From assembly GCA_964637655.1 (NCBI GenBank), contig CAZWUZ010000001.1, forward strand, positions 599 to 64,598: a stretch of DNA of 64,000 nt. The letters run 5' to 3'. Shown piece after piece: positions 38,085-49,000 of the stretch. A program made the translations under genes and the position numbers. Numbering within the stretch: the stretch's first letter is position 1; every line of letters starts with the position of its first letter. The DNA is from an uncultured bacterium. GTDB lineage: Bacteria > DAOPZR01. A model generated the notes under the pieces. The model ran no database searches. It was not told the DNA's origin and saw nothing but the letters and a program-made list of their open reading frames with translations.

Positions 38085-39637
38085 AATTCCAGCCTCCGTC
38101 CACCCGCGCCGGCGGTCTGGGTCTCTCCGGTCGAGGCCGGACGCGCCCGGCCGGACGCCCATTGCCGGATGCCGTTGATGTCCTCGGCCATGGTCTTCGA
38201 CAGCGGCACCGTCTTGTGCAGCGCAGCAAGCAGCGCTTCGGTGTGCAGGTCGGTATTCTGGTCGTATACGTCATACAGCGCCGCGACAATGGCCTGTTCT
38301 ATTTCCGAACCGGAATAGCCTTCTGCCGCCGCGGCAAGGCGGGCGAGGTCGAATCTTCCCGGGTCCCGCCGACGTTTCGCGAGATGAATGGCGAAAATAT
38401 CCTGCCGCTCCGCACTGCCCGGCAGGTCGATGAAGAAAATTTCATCGAGCCGGCCCTTGCGCAACAGCTCGGGCGGCAGGGTGGTGACACTGTTCGCGGT
38501 CGCCACCACAAAGACCGGCGCGCTTTTTTCCTGCAACCAGGTGAGGAACGCACCCAGGACGCGCGCCGTGGTGCCGGCATCAGAAAACGACGACGATTGC
38601 GATCCGGCGAATGCCTTTTCAATTTCGTCCACCCACAACACCGCCGGCGCCACCGATTCTGCCACCGCGATAGCACGGCGAATATTAAGTTCCGTAGAAC
38701 CAACCAGCGACGAGAACATCTTGCCCATATCCCAGCGCAGCAGCGGCATCTGCCAATAGCCGGCAATGGCCTTGGCGCACAGCGACTTGCCGCAGCCCTG
38801 CACGCCCAGCAGCAGGATGCCGCGCGGGGCGGGCAGCCCGAATTCTCGCGCCTGCGCTGAATGTGCGGCCGTGCGCTTGCCCAGCCAGTGTTTCAACTCG
38901 TCGAGGCCACCCACCCCGTCGATACCGGCATCAGGGCACACGTATTCGAGCAGGCCCGATTTACGGATTACCTGTTCCTTTTCTGCGATGATCAGCCCGA
39001 CGCTGTCCGCGCCCAGGCGATGGTCGCGCACCAGCGTCTTGGCGAAGACATTCTCCGCCTCCTTGAGTGACAGGCCGAGCGCGGCATTAACCAGTTTTTC
39101 ACGGGCGGCGGCATCGAGTGACACCGTCACCTCGCCGCTCCCGCCCACTTCCGCGATGATGCGGTCGAGCAGTGCGGCCAGTTCTTCCGCGCGCGGCAGC
39201 CCGAATTCGACAATGGTGATGTCCTTGTCAAGCTCGCAGGGGATTTCCAGAACCGGTGAGACCAGCACCAGTGATTTGTACGAGGCTTTGAGGTGCGCCG
39301 CCGTCTCGCGCAATTTGCGCACGATACCCGGGTCGCGCAGGTAAGGATGGAAATCGAGGAACGCGAAGATGGCCGGTTCCTTGTGGTCAAGCACCGCGTC
39401 GAGTGCTGCCAGCGGATCGCGGGTATTCCCGCTGCCGCCGCGCGCTTGCACCGGGGCGTCCGCGGCAACGATGCCGCGGGTCACCGACCACAGAAGACAT
39501 TTCTTGCCGCGCGCCGACGCAATGCGCTGCAGCAAGGCAATAACCCGCTCCTCCTCCCACGACACCGCGTAGATAATGGGGTAGCGCGCCCGTAGCAGGA
39601 TGTCGAGTTCGCGCTCGATGTCGCCGATCGTGTTCAT
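38081..39637 (-). CDS. AAA+ ATPase, Ycf46-like
   Basis: N-terminus [15 protein letters not shown]; Walker [13 protein letters not shown]; Walker [12 protein letters not shown]. 518 aa. Confidence 0.75.
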   Translation of the reverse strand: MNTIGDIERELDILLRARYPIIYAVSWEEERVIALLQRIASARGKKCLLWSVTRGIVAADAPVQARGGSGNTRDPLAALDAVLDHKEPAIFAFLDFHPYLRDPGIVRKLRETAAHLKASYKSLVLVSPVLEIPCELDKDITIVEFGLPRAEELAALLDRIIAEVGGSGEVTVSLDAAAREKLVNAALGLSLKEAENVFAKTLVRDHRLGADSVGLIIAEKEQVIRKSGLLEYVCPDAGIDGVGGLDELKHWLGKRTAAHSAQAREFGLPAPRGILLLGVQGCGKSLCAKAIAGYWQMPLLRWDMGKMFSSLVGSTELNIRRAIAVAESVAPAVLWVDEIEKAFAGSQSSSFSDAGTTARVLGAFLTWLQEKSAPVFVVATANSVTTLPPELLRKGRLDEIFFIDLPGSAERQDIFAIHLAKRRRDPGRFDLARLAAAAEGYSGSEIEQAIVAALYDVYDQNTDLHTEALLAALHKTVPLSKTMAEDINGIRQWASGRARPASTGETQTAGAGGRRLEL

Positions 39638-40632
39638 CGCCTCGCCTCCGCCATGGGCTTGAGTATAGCAAATTCCGCCGCCGCCGACATCATCTCACCG
39701 CTAATGATCGGACAGACAATGCTGCCGTCGGCCCCGATCTGCAGCATGAGTTCGCCGCTCCTCCATGGCGGCGGGTTGGCCGCTGGCGGCTGCAATAGCG
39801 GCGGTTCCTCGCGCATGGCGACGCCCGGCAGCCCCGCGAACAGGGCACGCGCCGGACTGCCGCAGCAGTCTTCATGACCCGGCATGATAAGCAGACAGGC
39901 GATAACCGGCGCCTGCCCGGCCATCCAGCGCACATTCGTCATGAGCGTGGTCAGATAGTCGGGTGCGCCCGCGTGACGCAAGGCGCAATTGTCATTCCCG
40001 AACTTCACTGAGACCACGTAAGCATCCACCAGTCCCGTCAGCAGCGTCCGTGCGGCAGCATGCTCTTGCCCTTCGGTGTTCCAGACCAGCGGCAGCGTCG
40101 TCGGGACGGCGGCGAGGTAGGCAAGCGCGGCGGCCAGATTTACGGTCGGCGAGCCGCCAAGCAGGCCGATGCTGCGGGCGCCCGCAGCCGCAGCGGCAGC
40201 CGTGCGTCTGTTCAAGTCAACGGCGTCGCATAGGTCGCCACGCTCAGGGACGAGCACATGGTCGCGAGCCCAGCAGATTGCACAACGCAAACCACAACCG
40301 GTAAAAAACAGAGAGAATTGCGGAGCATAGGGCTCCTCGACCGCGTAGTTGAGCCCGGCATAAAACTGGCGTGCCACCGCGCCGGTGGCGCATCTGCCGC
40401 TTTCGCCTGTCAGCCGGTTGCAACCGCAGGCATGGCGGCACAACGTGCAGGCGGCGAGTTGCTGTTCCGCCGCGTCGGCGCGGCGGGCTAGTTCTCCGGG
40501 GGCGTCAGGCAGCGCGCTGCGCCGGGTCGGCACAGCAATGGCGGGCGGCATCCGGTCAGGCTCGCTGCAGGAGATACTGCCAGGCTTCGAGGTATTGTTC
40601 AATCGACGCATATCCTTTGCCGCAAGCCGCAC
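39634..40632 (-). CDS. radical SAM enzyme, PflX/activating-enzyme-like
   Basis: CTLCRHACGCNRLTGESGRCATG followed by GCGLRCAIC (CxxxCxxC). ATGA overlap with the AAA+ start. Confidence 0.6.
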   Translation of the reverse strand: MRLAAKDMRRLNNTSKPGSISCSEPDRMPPAIAVPTRRSALPDAPGELARRADAAEQQLAACTLCRHACGCNRLTGESGRCATGAVARQFYAGLNYAVEEPYAPQFSLFFTGCGLRCAICWARDHVLVPERGDLCDAVDLNRRTAAAAAAGARSIGLLGGSPTVNLAAALAYLAAVPTTLPLVWNTEGQEHAAARTLLTGLVDAYVVSVKFGNDNCALRHAGAPDYLTTLMTNVRWMAGQAPVIACLLIMPGHEDCCGSPARALFAGLPGVAMREEPPLLQPPAANPPPWRSGELMLQIGADGSIVCPIISGEMMSAAAEFAILKPMAEARR

Positions 40633-40794
40633 AGCCGGCGTATATCGGGATTGTCTTCTCGGTCTGCGATTTTCACCAGACCTTCTTTCCGCACTTTAGG
40701 AACGCGATATCACGCCAAGGATCCGACACGCAGCACCGCCAACACCGCGCACAGCGCATAGCGCTGATACGTTCTGCACCAGGACGAGCGCATC

Positions 40795-40863
40795 TTATTC
40801 CCTGTTCTCCTTCACGCGCACGATGTTCCGCTGTATCTGCGCCATCCAGTCATTCAGTTCCAT
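40795..40863 (-). pseudogene. PadR gene remnant (22-aa N-terminal fragment MELNDWMAQIQRNIVRVKENRE)
   Basis: About 30 nt including the RBS GGAGGCAATAATGGAACTGAATGACTGGATGGCGCAGAT match the two intact padR starts. The reading frame ends after 22 codons. Confidence 0.55.
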
Positions 40864-41398
40864 TATTGCCTCCACCCTGCCGGGGCTGTGCCCCTGTTGT
40901 CGTTCCGTGCTCCCCATTCCCGGCCGCCGGCATTGGCGACGTCGCGGGAGTATCATTTTCGCTGTAATAGAGCGTGAAAGCGAGCGCCGGGTCCACACCG
41001 AGCCGCCGGCGCTCACGGGTAAACTGCGCCTGGGTGAACGGCCCGTGCACCCTTTCGTCTGCCACGTTCACGAGGTTGTATTCCGTCACCGCATAGTTGA
41101 TATTGCTGCCGCCGTCCGACGGATGACGTTTGGCGATGACCCAGGTACTATCGCATCCGGCAGCATATATCGTGCTGCTGACGAGTATCCCCACCATGTT
41201 TTCACTCTCACGGCGGCCAATCGAGAGTTGGCGAACATCATCGGCGGCGCTCAGTTCGAGCCTGCCCGCCAGCGGGTAATCACTCGCCGGAAAGCCGCCG
41301 CAGGCGGTCAGCAACGCCAGTGCACACAGCGCCAGCAGCATAACTGCGACCGCTTCCGCCATCCGTTCACGCGCCATCTGTGCCATCTTCACCGCCAT
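40850..41398 (-). CDS. lipoprotein (likely start MAVKMAQ...LLTACGG)
   Basis: Lipobox ALLTACGG; beta-rich body; Gly/Asn/Thr-rich C-terminus. Confidence 0.5.
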   Translation of the reverse strand: MAVKMAQMARERMAEAVAVMLLALCALALLTACGGFPASDYPLAGRLELSAADDVRQLSIGRRESENMVGILVSSTIYAAGCDSTWVIAKRHPSDGGSNINYAVTEYNLVNVADERVHGPFTQAQFTRERRRLGVDPALAFTLYYSENDTPATSPMPAAGNGEHGTTTGAQPRQGGGNNGTE

Positions 41399-41436
41399 AT
41401 CCGCGCTGGATGCATGCCTCACGCCTCTACCGCACA

Positions 41437-41465
41437 TGTATACTATGTGTCGCTATGTATGTCAA
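41437..41465 (-). promoter_or_regulatory. sigma70-like promoter TTGACA-N17-TATACA with conserved core TTGACATACATAG
   Basis: Third copy of the 13-bp core, immediately upstream of the lipoprotein gene. Confidence 0.45.
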
Positions 41466-41526
41466 TCGGCGATGTTTGCCGCGGAACAGTCAGCCCCCGC
41501 AGGCACATACTATCGGCCGCTGCCGT

Positions 41527-43068
41527 TCAGCGGGTCAGGTAGGAGCGGGCGAGGTCGTTGGCCGGGTCGAGTTCGCGTGCGGTCCGGAATGCCGCCATGG
41601 CCTTCTGCCGCTGTCCCATGTGATAGAGACAGACCCCGTACCAGGCAAAGGCCTCAGCATCATGCGGCGTCACGCGCGTGAGCCGGGCGAACATCGCGGC
41701 TGCCCGATCAAGTTCGTCGGTCTGGTAATAGCAGGCGGCGAGATTGAACAGCGCCACCGCATGCTCCGGTTCGCGCTGCAAGGCCTCTTCGTAGGCGCGT
41801 GCAGCCAGACGCGACTGCCCGGCCTGGAAAAACGCATAGGCGGAACGCAGCAGTTCCACGGTCGGCGTCGCTGGCGGGGGTGCGGTTGCCGGTACCGGCG
41901 ATTCCGCCATTTTCGTATCCGCTGCCGGCGGCGGCAGGGTCAGCATGGTCGTGGTCGGGGCAACCACCGGGGTGAGCGCTTCCCAGGGCGCCGGTGCTGC
42001 TGTCGCTGTCAGCGCCGCATCCGGTGTCGAAGCGTCCGACTTGCCGGCCGCCGGCACAGGTGCAGGCACAGATGCTGCAACCGGAGTCGGCAGCGGCGCT
42101 GTCGCCGGTACCATCACGGCCGGTGTCGCAACCGCGGTTGACGCCGCCGGCCGTGCCTGCCCGAAACAATAGCGCAGCGAGAGGCGATGCGCATCACCCA
42201 GGTCGCCATACGGCACGAAGGCATAATCCACATGGAATTCATCGTCGAGATTGACCCCGAAACCGCAGGTCAGTCCGCTCCCCGCATCGTTCTCGCCCGT
42301 ATAGCCGACCCGCAGCGCCAGCATGCGCACGATCTGCCATTCCATGCCGGCATTGAGGAAGACACGGTCGTCGCGCGGCACCACCAGATCGGTTGTCAGC
42401 AGCAGCGGCAGTTCCGGCAGGCGATAGGCGCCGCCGGCCAGCAGGGTCAGCGGCAGATTTTCACGGCGCGTCCCCGCCTGCAGCCGCGTCCCGAGATTGA
42501 GCAATGACACGCCGAGCGCCAGTCCGGGCACGGCGACGTCTGTCGCCTGCCAGCCGAGATCGACGGCAAACGCGTCGGCCTCGTACGCCGCCAGTTCCTC
42601 GCGGATGTACTTGAGGTTGACGCCCCAGGCGCCGAACTCCTCCTCCCGCCCGTAGCCGACCGTCACTGCGAGATCGCCCGCCTCCGTCCGTCCCAATCCG
42701 GTCACCGGCGCCTGCCCGTTGATCCGCGTGATATCCATGTCGCCGTAATCGAGCATGGTGACTGCCGCGCCGGCACGACCGCCATACACCTGCCCGTCAT
42801 GCACATAGGCCAGGTGGTTGTAGGTAATGTCATCAAACCACGGGGCGTGCACAAAGAGCGCCTCACCCTGCCGCAGCCGGCCCAGGCCCGCAGGATTCCA
42901 GTGCAGCGCGCCGGCATCGCGCGCCAAAGCAGTGTACGCTCCACCCAGTGCCGCGCCACGCGCCCCCGGAGCAATGAGCAGGAACGGTGCGGCGCTGCTT
43001 CCCGCCTCGTCCGCGCGCGCGGGGAGCGCCGCCAGCAGCAGCAGGCCGCAAAGCAGGAGGCGGCGCAT
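41527..43068 (-). CDS. FadL/PorV-family outer-membrane beta-barrel with C-terminal Pro-rich/TPR extension
   Basis: Signal peptide LLLCGLLLLAALPARA. Hatch motif GARGAALGGAYTALARDAGALHWNPAGLG contains NPA. Alternating beta-strand pattern. Starts 1 nt from the stop of the giant CTD protein. Confidence 0.55.
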   Translation of the reverse strand: MRRLLLCGLLLLAALPARADEAGSSAAPFLLIAPGARGAALGGAYTALARDAGALHWNPAGLGRLRQGEALFVHAPWFDDITYNHLAYVHDGQVYGGRAGAAVTMLDYGDMDITRINGQAPVTGLGRTEAGDLAVTVGYGREEEFGAWGVNLKYIREELAAYEADAFAVDLGWQATDVAVPGLALGVSLLNLGTRLQAGTRRENLPLTLLAGGAYRLPELPLLLTTDLVVPRDDRVFLNAGMEWQIVRMLALRVGYTGENDAGSGLTCGFGVNLDDEFHVDYAFVPYGDLGDAHRLSLRYCFGQARPAASTAVATPAVMVPATAPLPTPVAASVPAPVPAAGKSDASTPDAALTATAAPAPWEALTPVVAPTTTMLTLPPPAADTKMAESPVPATAPPPATPTVELLRSAYAFFQAGQSRLAARAYEEALQREPEHAVALFNLAACYYQTDELDRAAAMFARLTRVTPHDAEAFAWYGVCLYHMGQRQKAMAAFRTARELDPANDLARSYLTR

Positions 43069-46000
43069 CAGCGCACCACGATCACTTTCCGCGTCGCGGT
43101 TTCCGACCCGCTGCGCAGGAGGATGATGTAGACGCCGCTCGCGACGTCCTCGCCTGCCGTGTTGCGCACATCCCACTGCACCGCACCGGTCCCCTCAGGC
43201 ACGCTGATCCTGTCGATCAGGCGGCCGCGCACATCGTAGATGTCAACCTGCGTGCCGGGCACCAGGCCGTTGAGATAAATCCCCGACCCGTCCCCGGGAC
43301 TGCCGTACGGTATGCCATTGCCGGGATCGCCGTCGTGAGGCACGTACGGGTTCGGATAGACCACGGCATTGCGCAGGTCGGCTGCCGGCGCAGCGAAGCC
43401 CGCGCCCGGGAAAAGCCCGTAGATCGACAGGTGCGGCAATTGCACGATCAGCGTGCGTGCGTCCCAGTCGAACGTTGTCGTTCCCGCTTCCTGCCACGAG
43501 ACGCTCGTCTCGTCATAGGTATAAAAGCGCAGTTGTTCCGCCTGCGCGCGCGTCAGGCGGCCCGGGGCAAAGGTGTAGGTCAGCGTGAGCGTGCGGAAAC
43601 TCGCGGGCCTGCTCCCCAAATCGCGTCCCGCGCTGTCGCTCACTTCCAGGCCAAACACCGTGCTGAGGTACGCGGCATACTCACGCAGGCCGCGCCGTGT
43701 GAACGAGTCCGGATCGACGCGCCGGATACCGATACGCTGCCCCGTGTCAGCGCCGGCGAGTTCGATCTGCAGGCGCAACGTGTCGCCGTAATCGCCCGCC
43801 AACTGGCTGTAGACCGGGATATCAACCGCCATGCTCCCCCCCGAATCGGTGACCAGCAGAAACGTTGCCGTATCGTCGCGGGTTGTGCGCGCCAGCACGA
43901 CAAGCGTATCGGCAACTACCTGCGGCGCGTCGATGGGCGCGGTTTCGTCCACCGTGCCGTCCCCGGCCAGGTCGGTGGCGACCTGCAGGTCGACAGTCGG
44001 CAGTGCCTGCCAGCCGATCCCCGACAACGTCACCGCCGCTTGCGCCGGGAGCAGCAGCGGGTCGAGCCGCCGCACCACGCTCCCGGCCGGCGTGCTGCGT
44101 TCCAGTTCGAGCGTCAGCGTGTGCGTCTCGCCGGTACTGGCCAGCGCCAGCGCGGACGAATCGCCGAAGCCGACCGCCAGTTCCGACCCCGCCGGCGCGG
44201 CCGGATCGGTCAGACGGAACACCTGTTCCTCGTCGCCAAGCACCTGCCCGATCTGCCAGCGCACAACGCTGACACGTTCCGGGCGGAAGCGACACTCGGT
44301 TTCCGCGAAGACCAGCGTGTCGGCGCCCCCGCTGCTGGTCGCCGACAGCACGATAAACCGGTCCTGCCTGAACACCCGCCAGGTCGCCGGCTGCGTCGCC
44401 TCGAGCCGCGTCGTTCCACTGATACTGAACGGCTGCCGCCCGAAGACCAGCATCCCCGCCAGCACGGTATCGCCAGGTGCTGACGGCACATACAGCGGAA
44501 ACACGCTGTCGGATGCCGTCTGCAGCCGCGAATCGGCGTAGGTGGCCGCCACCTGCCCGTCGAGCAGCAGCGTGAAGGACGCCACATTCGTGAACTGCAC
44601 ATAATCGACGTCGGGCCAGGCATCGAGGTAGGCGGTCGGGATGCGCGGTCGCGTGTCGGCCAGCCGGATGGGCGGCAGGAGCAGCGAACTGCTGCCGCCT
44701 GACAGCGTCCCCCACGGACTGTTGAGGTAACTCCACGTGCCGCCGGTCAGATTGAAATTGAAAACCCGCGCCTCGTCGCCCGGCAGGTTGTTCTCGTAGA
44801 CATAAACGAGGTAGTTTTCCGCCGCGGTATCCGCCGCGCGACAGACCTTGTACGGCACCACGGAATGGTTGACCCCGCTGAAGAACTCGAGTTCCGGATA
44901 GGCACTGCTGTCCGTGCCGCTCAGCGCCGCGCACAAACGCGTGAAGGTCGTGCGCAGCGGCGGCGGCGACGCCCAGTGCGCATAGCGGTAGGCGACGAAT
45001 TCGCTCGTCCCGTACTGGAAGAGATGGAATGCGTTGATGAGGTTGAGCGACGCGGTGGTGCGGCCCGCCGCCCCGGTGAATGCTGCGCCTCCCGGCACGG
45101 GCGTATCGCCGTTGAACAGGCGCAGCGCGCTCAGCGAGAAGCCGAAACACGAGCCGGCAAAACTGTGCGGCAGCGCGCCATAGAACGCATCGGCGGACGG
45201 CCGGTGCCGCCCGTCCGGATATTCCACCTGGTCGGCACCGAACGCCATGCGGTAAACCGTCCAGTCGACCACGCCGCCGCTGTAGTTGGCGAATGCCCAG
45301 CCGTCAACGGGAGGCGTGAATCCGTGCGCATACGCAGTTGTTACCATCTCCGCGGAAACACCCACATTGTTGCCCGGGACCGAGTCCGCCGCCGTCAACA
45401 CCGCCAGTATGCGATAGGGAACGCCAAAAGCCCAGGTGTGCGGCACGCTGACCGTTGCGCTCAGGGCAACCTCGCCTTCCGCCGCCACTGCCAGCACCGG
45501 CTGCATGACGGTCGTAATCACCGTATCACCGGCATCCGGCTGCGTGTCAGCAGAGAGCGAGAAGGTGACTGTCACCGGTCCAGTGAACGGCTGGCTGCCG
45601 ACATTGCGGAGCGTCGCGGTAAACGTCGCGTCCATGCCGAAGGCCAGCAGTGCGGGTGTTGCCGTCACTGCTGCCACGATCAGGTCTGTGCGCGCGTAGC
45701 CATCGTAGCGGTTGTAACCGTTGACACAGAGCGTTTCGCTCAGCCACGACTCGTTTTCCCAGACGCGCCCGTCAGCACTGTGCGTGTCGAACGCTGTCAC
45801 CCGGTAATAGTACGTCGTCAGCCGGTTGATCCCGGTATCCACATAGGTCGTGCCATCGGTCGTCAGCACCTGATGCTGGTGCCAGCCGGTATCGTCGCTG
45901 ATGCCCGTGCGGTACACCCGGTAGGTGGCACGACTGAACGTCCCGCCCGCCTCTTCGTCCGTGGTGACTGCCGCCCAGGAAATAGTGCAACTCGAGTCAG

Positions 46001-49000
46001 AGACGACAACCGCCAGGCCGGCAGGTGCCGCGGGCGCGATGCTGTCGGCCGCAGCCGCGGTATCGACCGTTGCGCCGCGGAACGGCACCAGCCGGTAACT
46101 TTCGCTGCCCGGGCCATGGATCAGCGCGGCGATAGCACCGGCATGATCGGTACCCCAGTAATTCCGGCTGATATCGAGTTGCGGCTGCAGTGCCACCCAG
46201 GCACCGGAATCGGGATGCAGCGTGCCCGGGCGGAGATTATTACGGCGCACTGTCGCCGGCGACAGCAGCCGCAGGGCGTAGCCGGCGCATGCATCGACGT
46301 CGTTGCCGGTGATGACCGCGTTGTTCGACCCGGAAACCGAAATGCCGTCACCGCTGCTGCCGCGGACCAGGTTGCGCGTGATGCGGGCATCGTGCGCATT
46401 GGTCCTGATTTCGATGCCGGTGCTGTCGTTGCCATTGATGCGGTTGTCGGCAAGGTTGCAGCCAGTCGCATATTCGCACCGTATTCCTGCCTGCCCGTTG
46501 TCCACCAGCCGGTTGTCACTGATCTCGCTCCGGTGGGCATACGCCCCAACCCAGATGCCGCACTCCTGATTGTCCGCGGCATAATTGCCGCGCAGCACAT
46601 TATCCTCTGCACTGCTCAGCACATACCCCGAACGGTTGGTGGCATAACTGGCGTTGCCGGTGAGCAGGTTGCGATGCGATCCTTCGTACAGCGCAAAACT
46701 CCCGGCATTGAGCGTATGCGAGCAACTGATGTTGTCGCGCAGGATATTGTCACAGGCCCCGCTCAGGTAGAAGCCGCCTTCGCCGTTCTGCCAGCAGTAA
46801 TTGCGTTCCGCCGTGTTGCCGTGCGAATTGTGGAAGCAGATCGCCAGCATCGTGTTCTGCCGCACCTCGTTGCCGCGCAGCAGGTTGCTGTCCGACCCCG
46901 CTTCGAGATACAGTGCCGACTGGTTGTTGCTGAACAGCGTGCTGTCGATGCTGTTGCCGCAGGCGGCAGTCAGGCGCGCGCCCCAGAGCGTGTTTCCTGT
47001 GAGCCGGGCGCTCTCGATACGGCTGTTGCGTACGCGCGTAAAACGCACCCCTGTCACGCAGCCGTCAACCTGCACCTCGCGCAGACAGATGCCGTCAAGA
47101 TCGGTCGCGGTGATGCCCTCGCTGTTCCCGGCCCCGCGCACCGCGATGCCGTGCACGGTCACCCCGCCGGCAAGGCCGAGCACCGTGCCGGAACCTGACG
47201 CCAGCGCCGCCCACGTGTCCGGCCCGCCACCGGTGTCGGCACCGGCCTGCGCCCGGTACGAACGCAGCGTCATGCCGGTAGCAAGCGTGATCCCGCCGGC
47301 ATACGCGCCACCGTCACTCCGGCTGTAGACGATCACCGTGTCGTAGCCGTTGCCCGGGTTCAGCGCTGCAATGGCCGCGGCGGGCGACCCGAACGCCGTC
47401 AGCGGATCACCACCGCCCGGCACGCTGCTGTCGCCGCGGTCGCTGACATAGACCGTCATCGCGCCGGTATCCGCAAATACCGCCACCGAGAATCTGCGCG
47501 CCGCCGCGGTCAGCGTATCGCCCTGCAGGTTTTCCGCGATGACCCGCCAGTAGTATGTGCCGGGGAGCAGCGTCGATGCCGCCGTCGCCTGCTGCGCCGT
47601 CACCGTGCGGCTGTCGAGCAGGAGCGCGAAGGACGCTGCCTCGCTCACCTGCAGGGTGTACGTGTCACCCTGCCCGTTCCAGCGATAGACCGGCTGCGAC
47701 GGGGCAATGGTCATTTCCGCCGCCGGATACACGAGCGTCAGCGTCAGCGTCGTATCGAGCGTCAGCGTCTGCACCGGTGTCGTCTCGACTGCATTGCCCC
47801 GGGTGCTGATGACGCGCCAGTAGCAGGTGCCGGACGCGTAGTTCGCGACCGGCGTGTATGTCATGGCGGCGGTCTGCACGCTGTCCGTCAGCAGCGCGAA
47901 CGATGGCGTCGTGCTGACTTCCAGCCGGCTGCTGTCGCCGTTGGTTGTCCAGCGGAACGCCGGGGTCAGATCGCTCGAACGCATGCCGTCAGCCGGACTG
48001 ACTGCGGTCACGGTCAGTGCCGCCCCGGCCACGACCGAATACCACGACTCGTTCGGCCATGGCGCATGCGCATCGACTGCCGTCACCCGGTAGTACCAGT
48101 TGCCGCCGGGCCGAACGTCGAGATACGATGTTTCGCCCGACCCGGGCGTCGCTATCGGCTCACCCCAGTAATCCGTATCAGCCGTCGACGCGCAATAGAG
48201 CCGGTAGCCGGCAAGCCCGGTGAGCGCGCCACCGCCTTCCTCGTCGGTGGCAGTTGCAAGCCAGTTGATGACATACGTATCATCCTGCTGCCGCACCGTG
48301 ATGCCGTCCGGAACCGCAGGCGCTATCGTATCCGCGCCGGCGGACGTGTCGACGGGACCGAGGCGGAACGGCAGGACAGGCACGCGACTGTCAGCGCCCG
48401 CGCCCATGGCGGCGATGCTGCCTGAGTCCGTCGTCCCCCACCAGTTGCGCTGCAACGACAGCAGGGCGGTATCGGTCAGTCCGGTCACCGCGACTGCGGT
48501 CGCCGCCCCGCTGACCGCGATATTGTTTTTGGCGAAGGTGCAGGAGGCAACCGAGTCGGCACTGAATGCCGTTCCCTGGCTCATCTGCACTTCGTTCGCC
48601 GTCAGCAGATTGCCTGCGGTCAGCAGTTTGAATCCGAAAACCGTGTTGCCGGCAAGCCGGTTGCGCTGCAGGCGGTTCTCGCCGCCATCCTGCTCGACCC
48701 GTATGCCGGTATACTGGCCGGAACAGTCATTCCCCTCAATCCGGTTGCGCCGTGCATCCCACAAGTAGATGCCGTCGCCTGTACCGAGACCGTCCAGGTT
48801 GCTGTTGCACTGACAGTTGCTGACAACGTTGTCCGCCGAGGAACTGAGATTGATCCCGTAATACAGGTTCCCGTTCGCGCACGTCCGTTCGACCAGGCAA
48901 TGCGTCGCTGACAGGAGATACAGGCCGAACACGTTGCCGCTGAAATCACAGGCCCGGACCGTCACGCTGTCCGCCGTGCTGAGCATCATCCCCCAGTAAC

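Noticed and set aside
5928-47198. Long plus-strand ORFs (for example 5928..6917, 13488..14675, 22122..23285, 29472..31496, 36933..37829, 42987..44483, 44865..47198)
   Set aside because: All lie antisense to minus-strand genes with recognisable domains. Their translations are Arg/Pro/Gly-rich, low-complexity strings typical of shadow ORFs in high-GC DNA.
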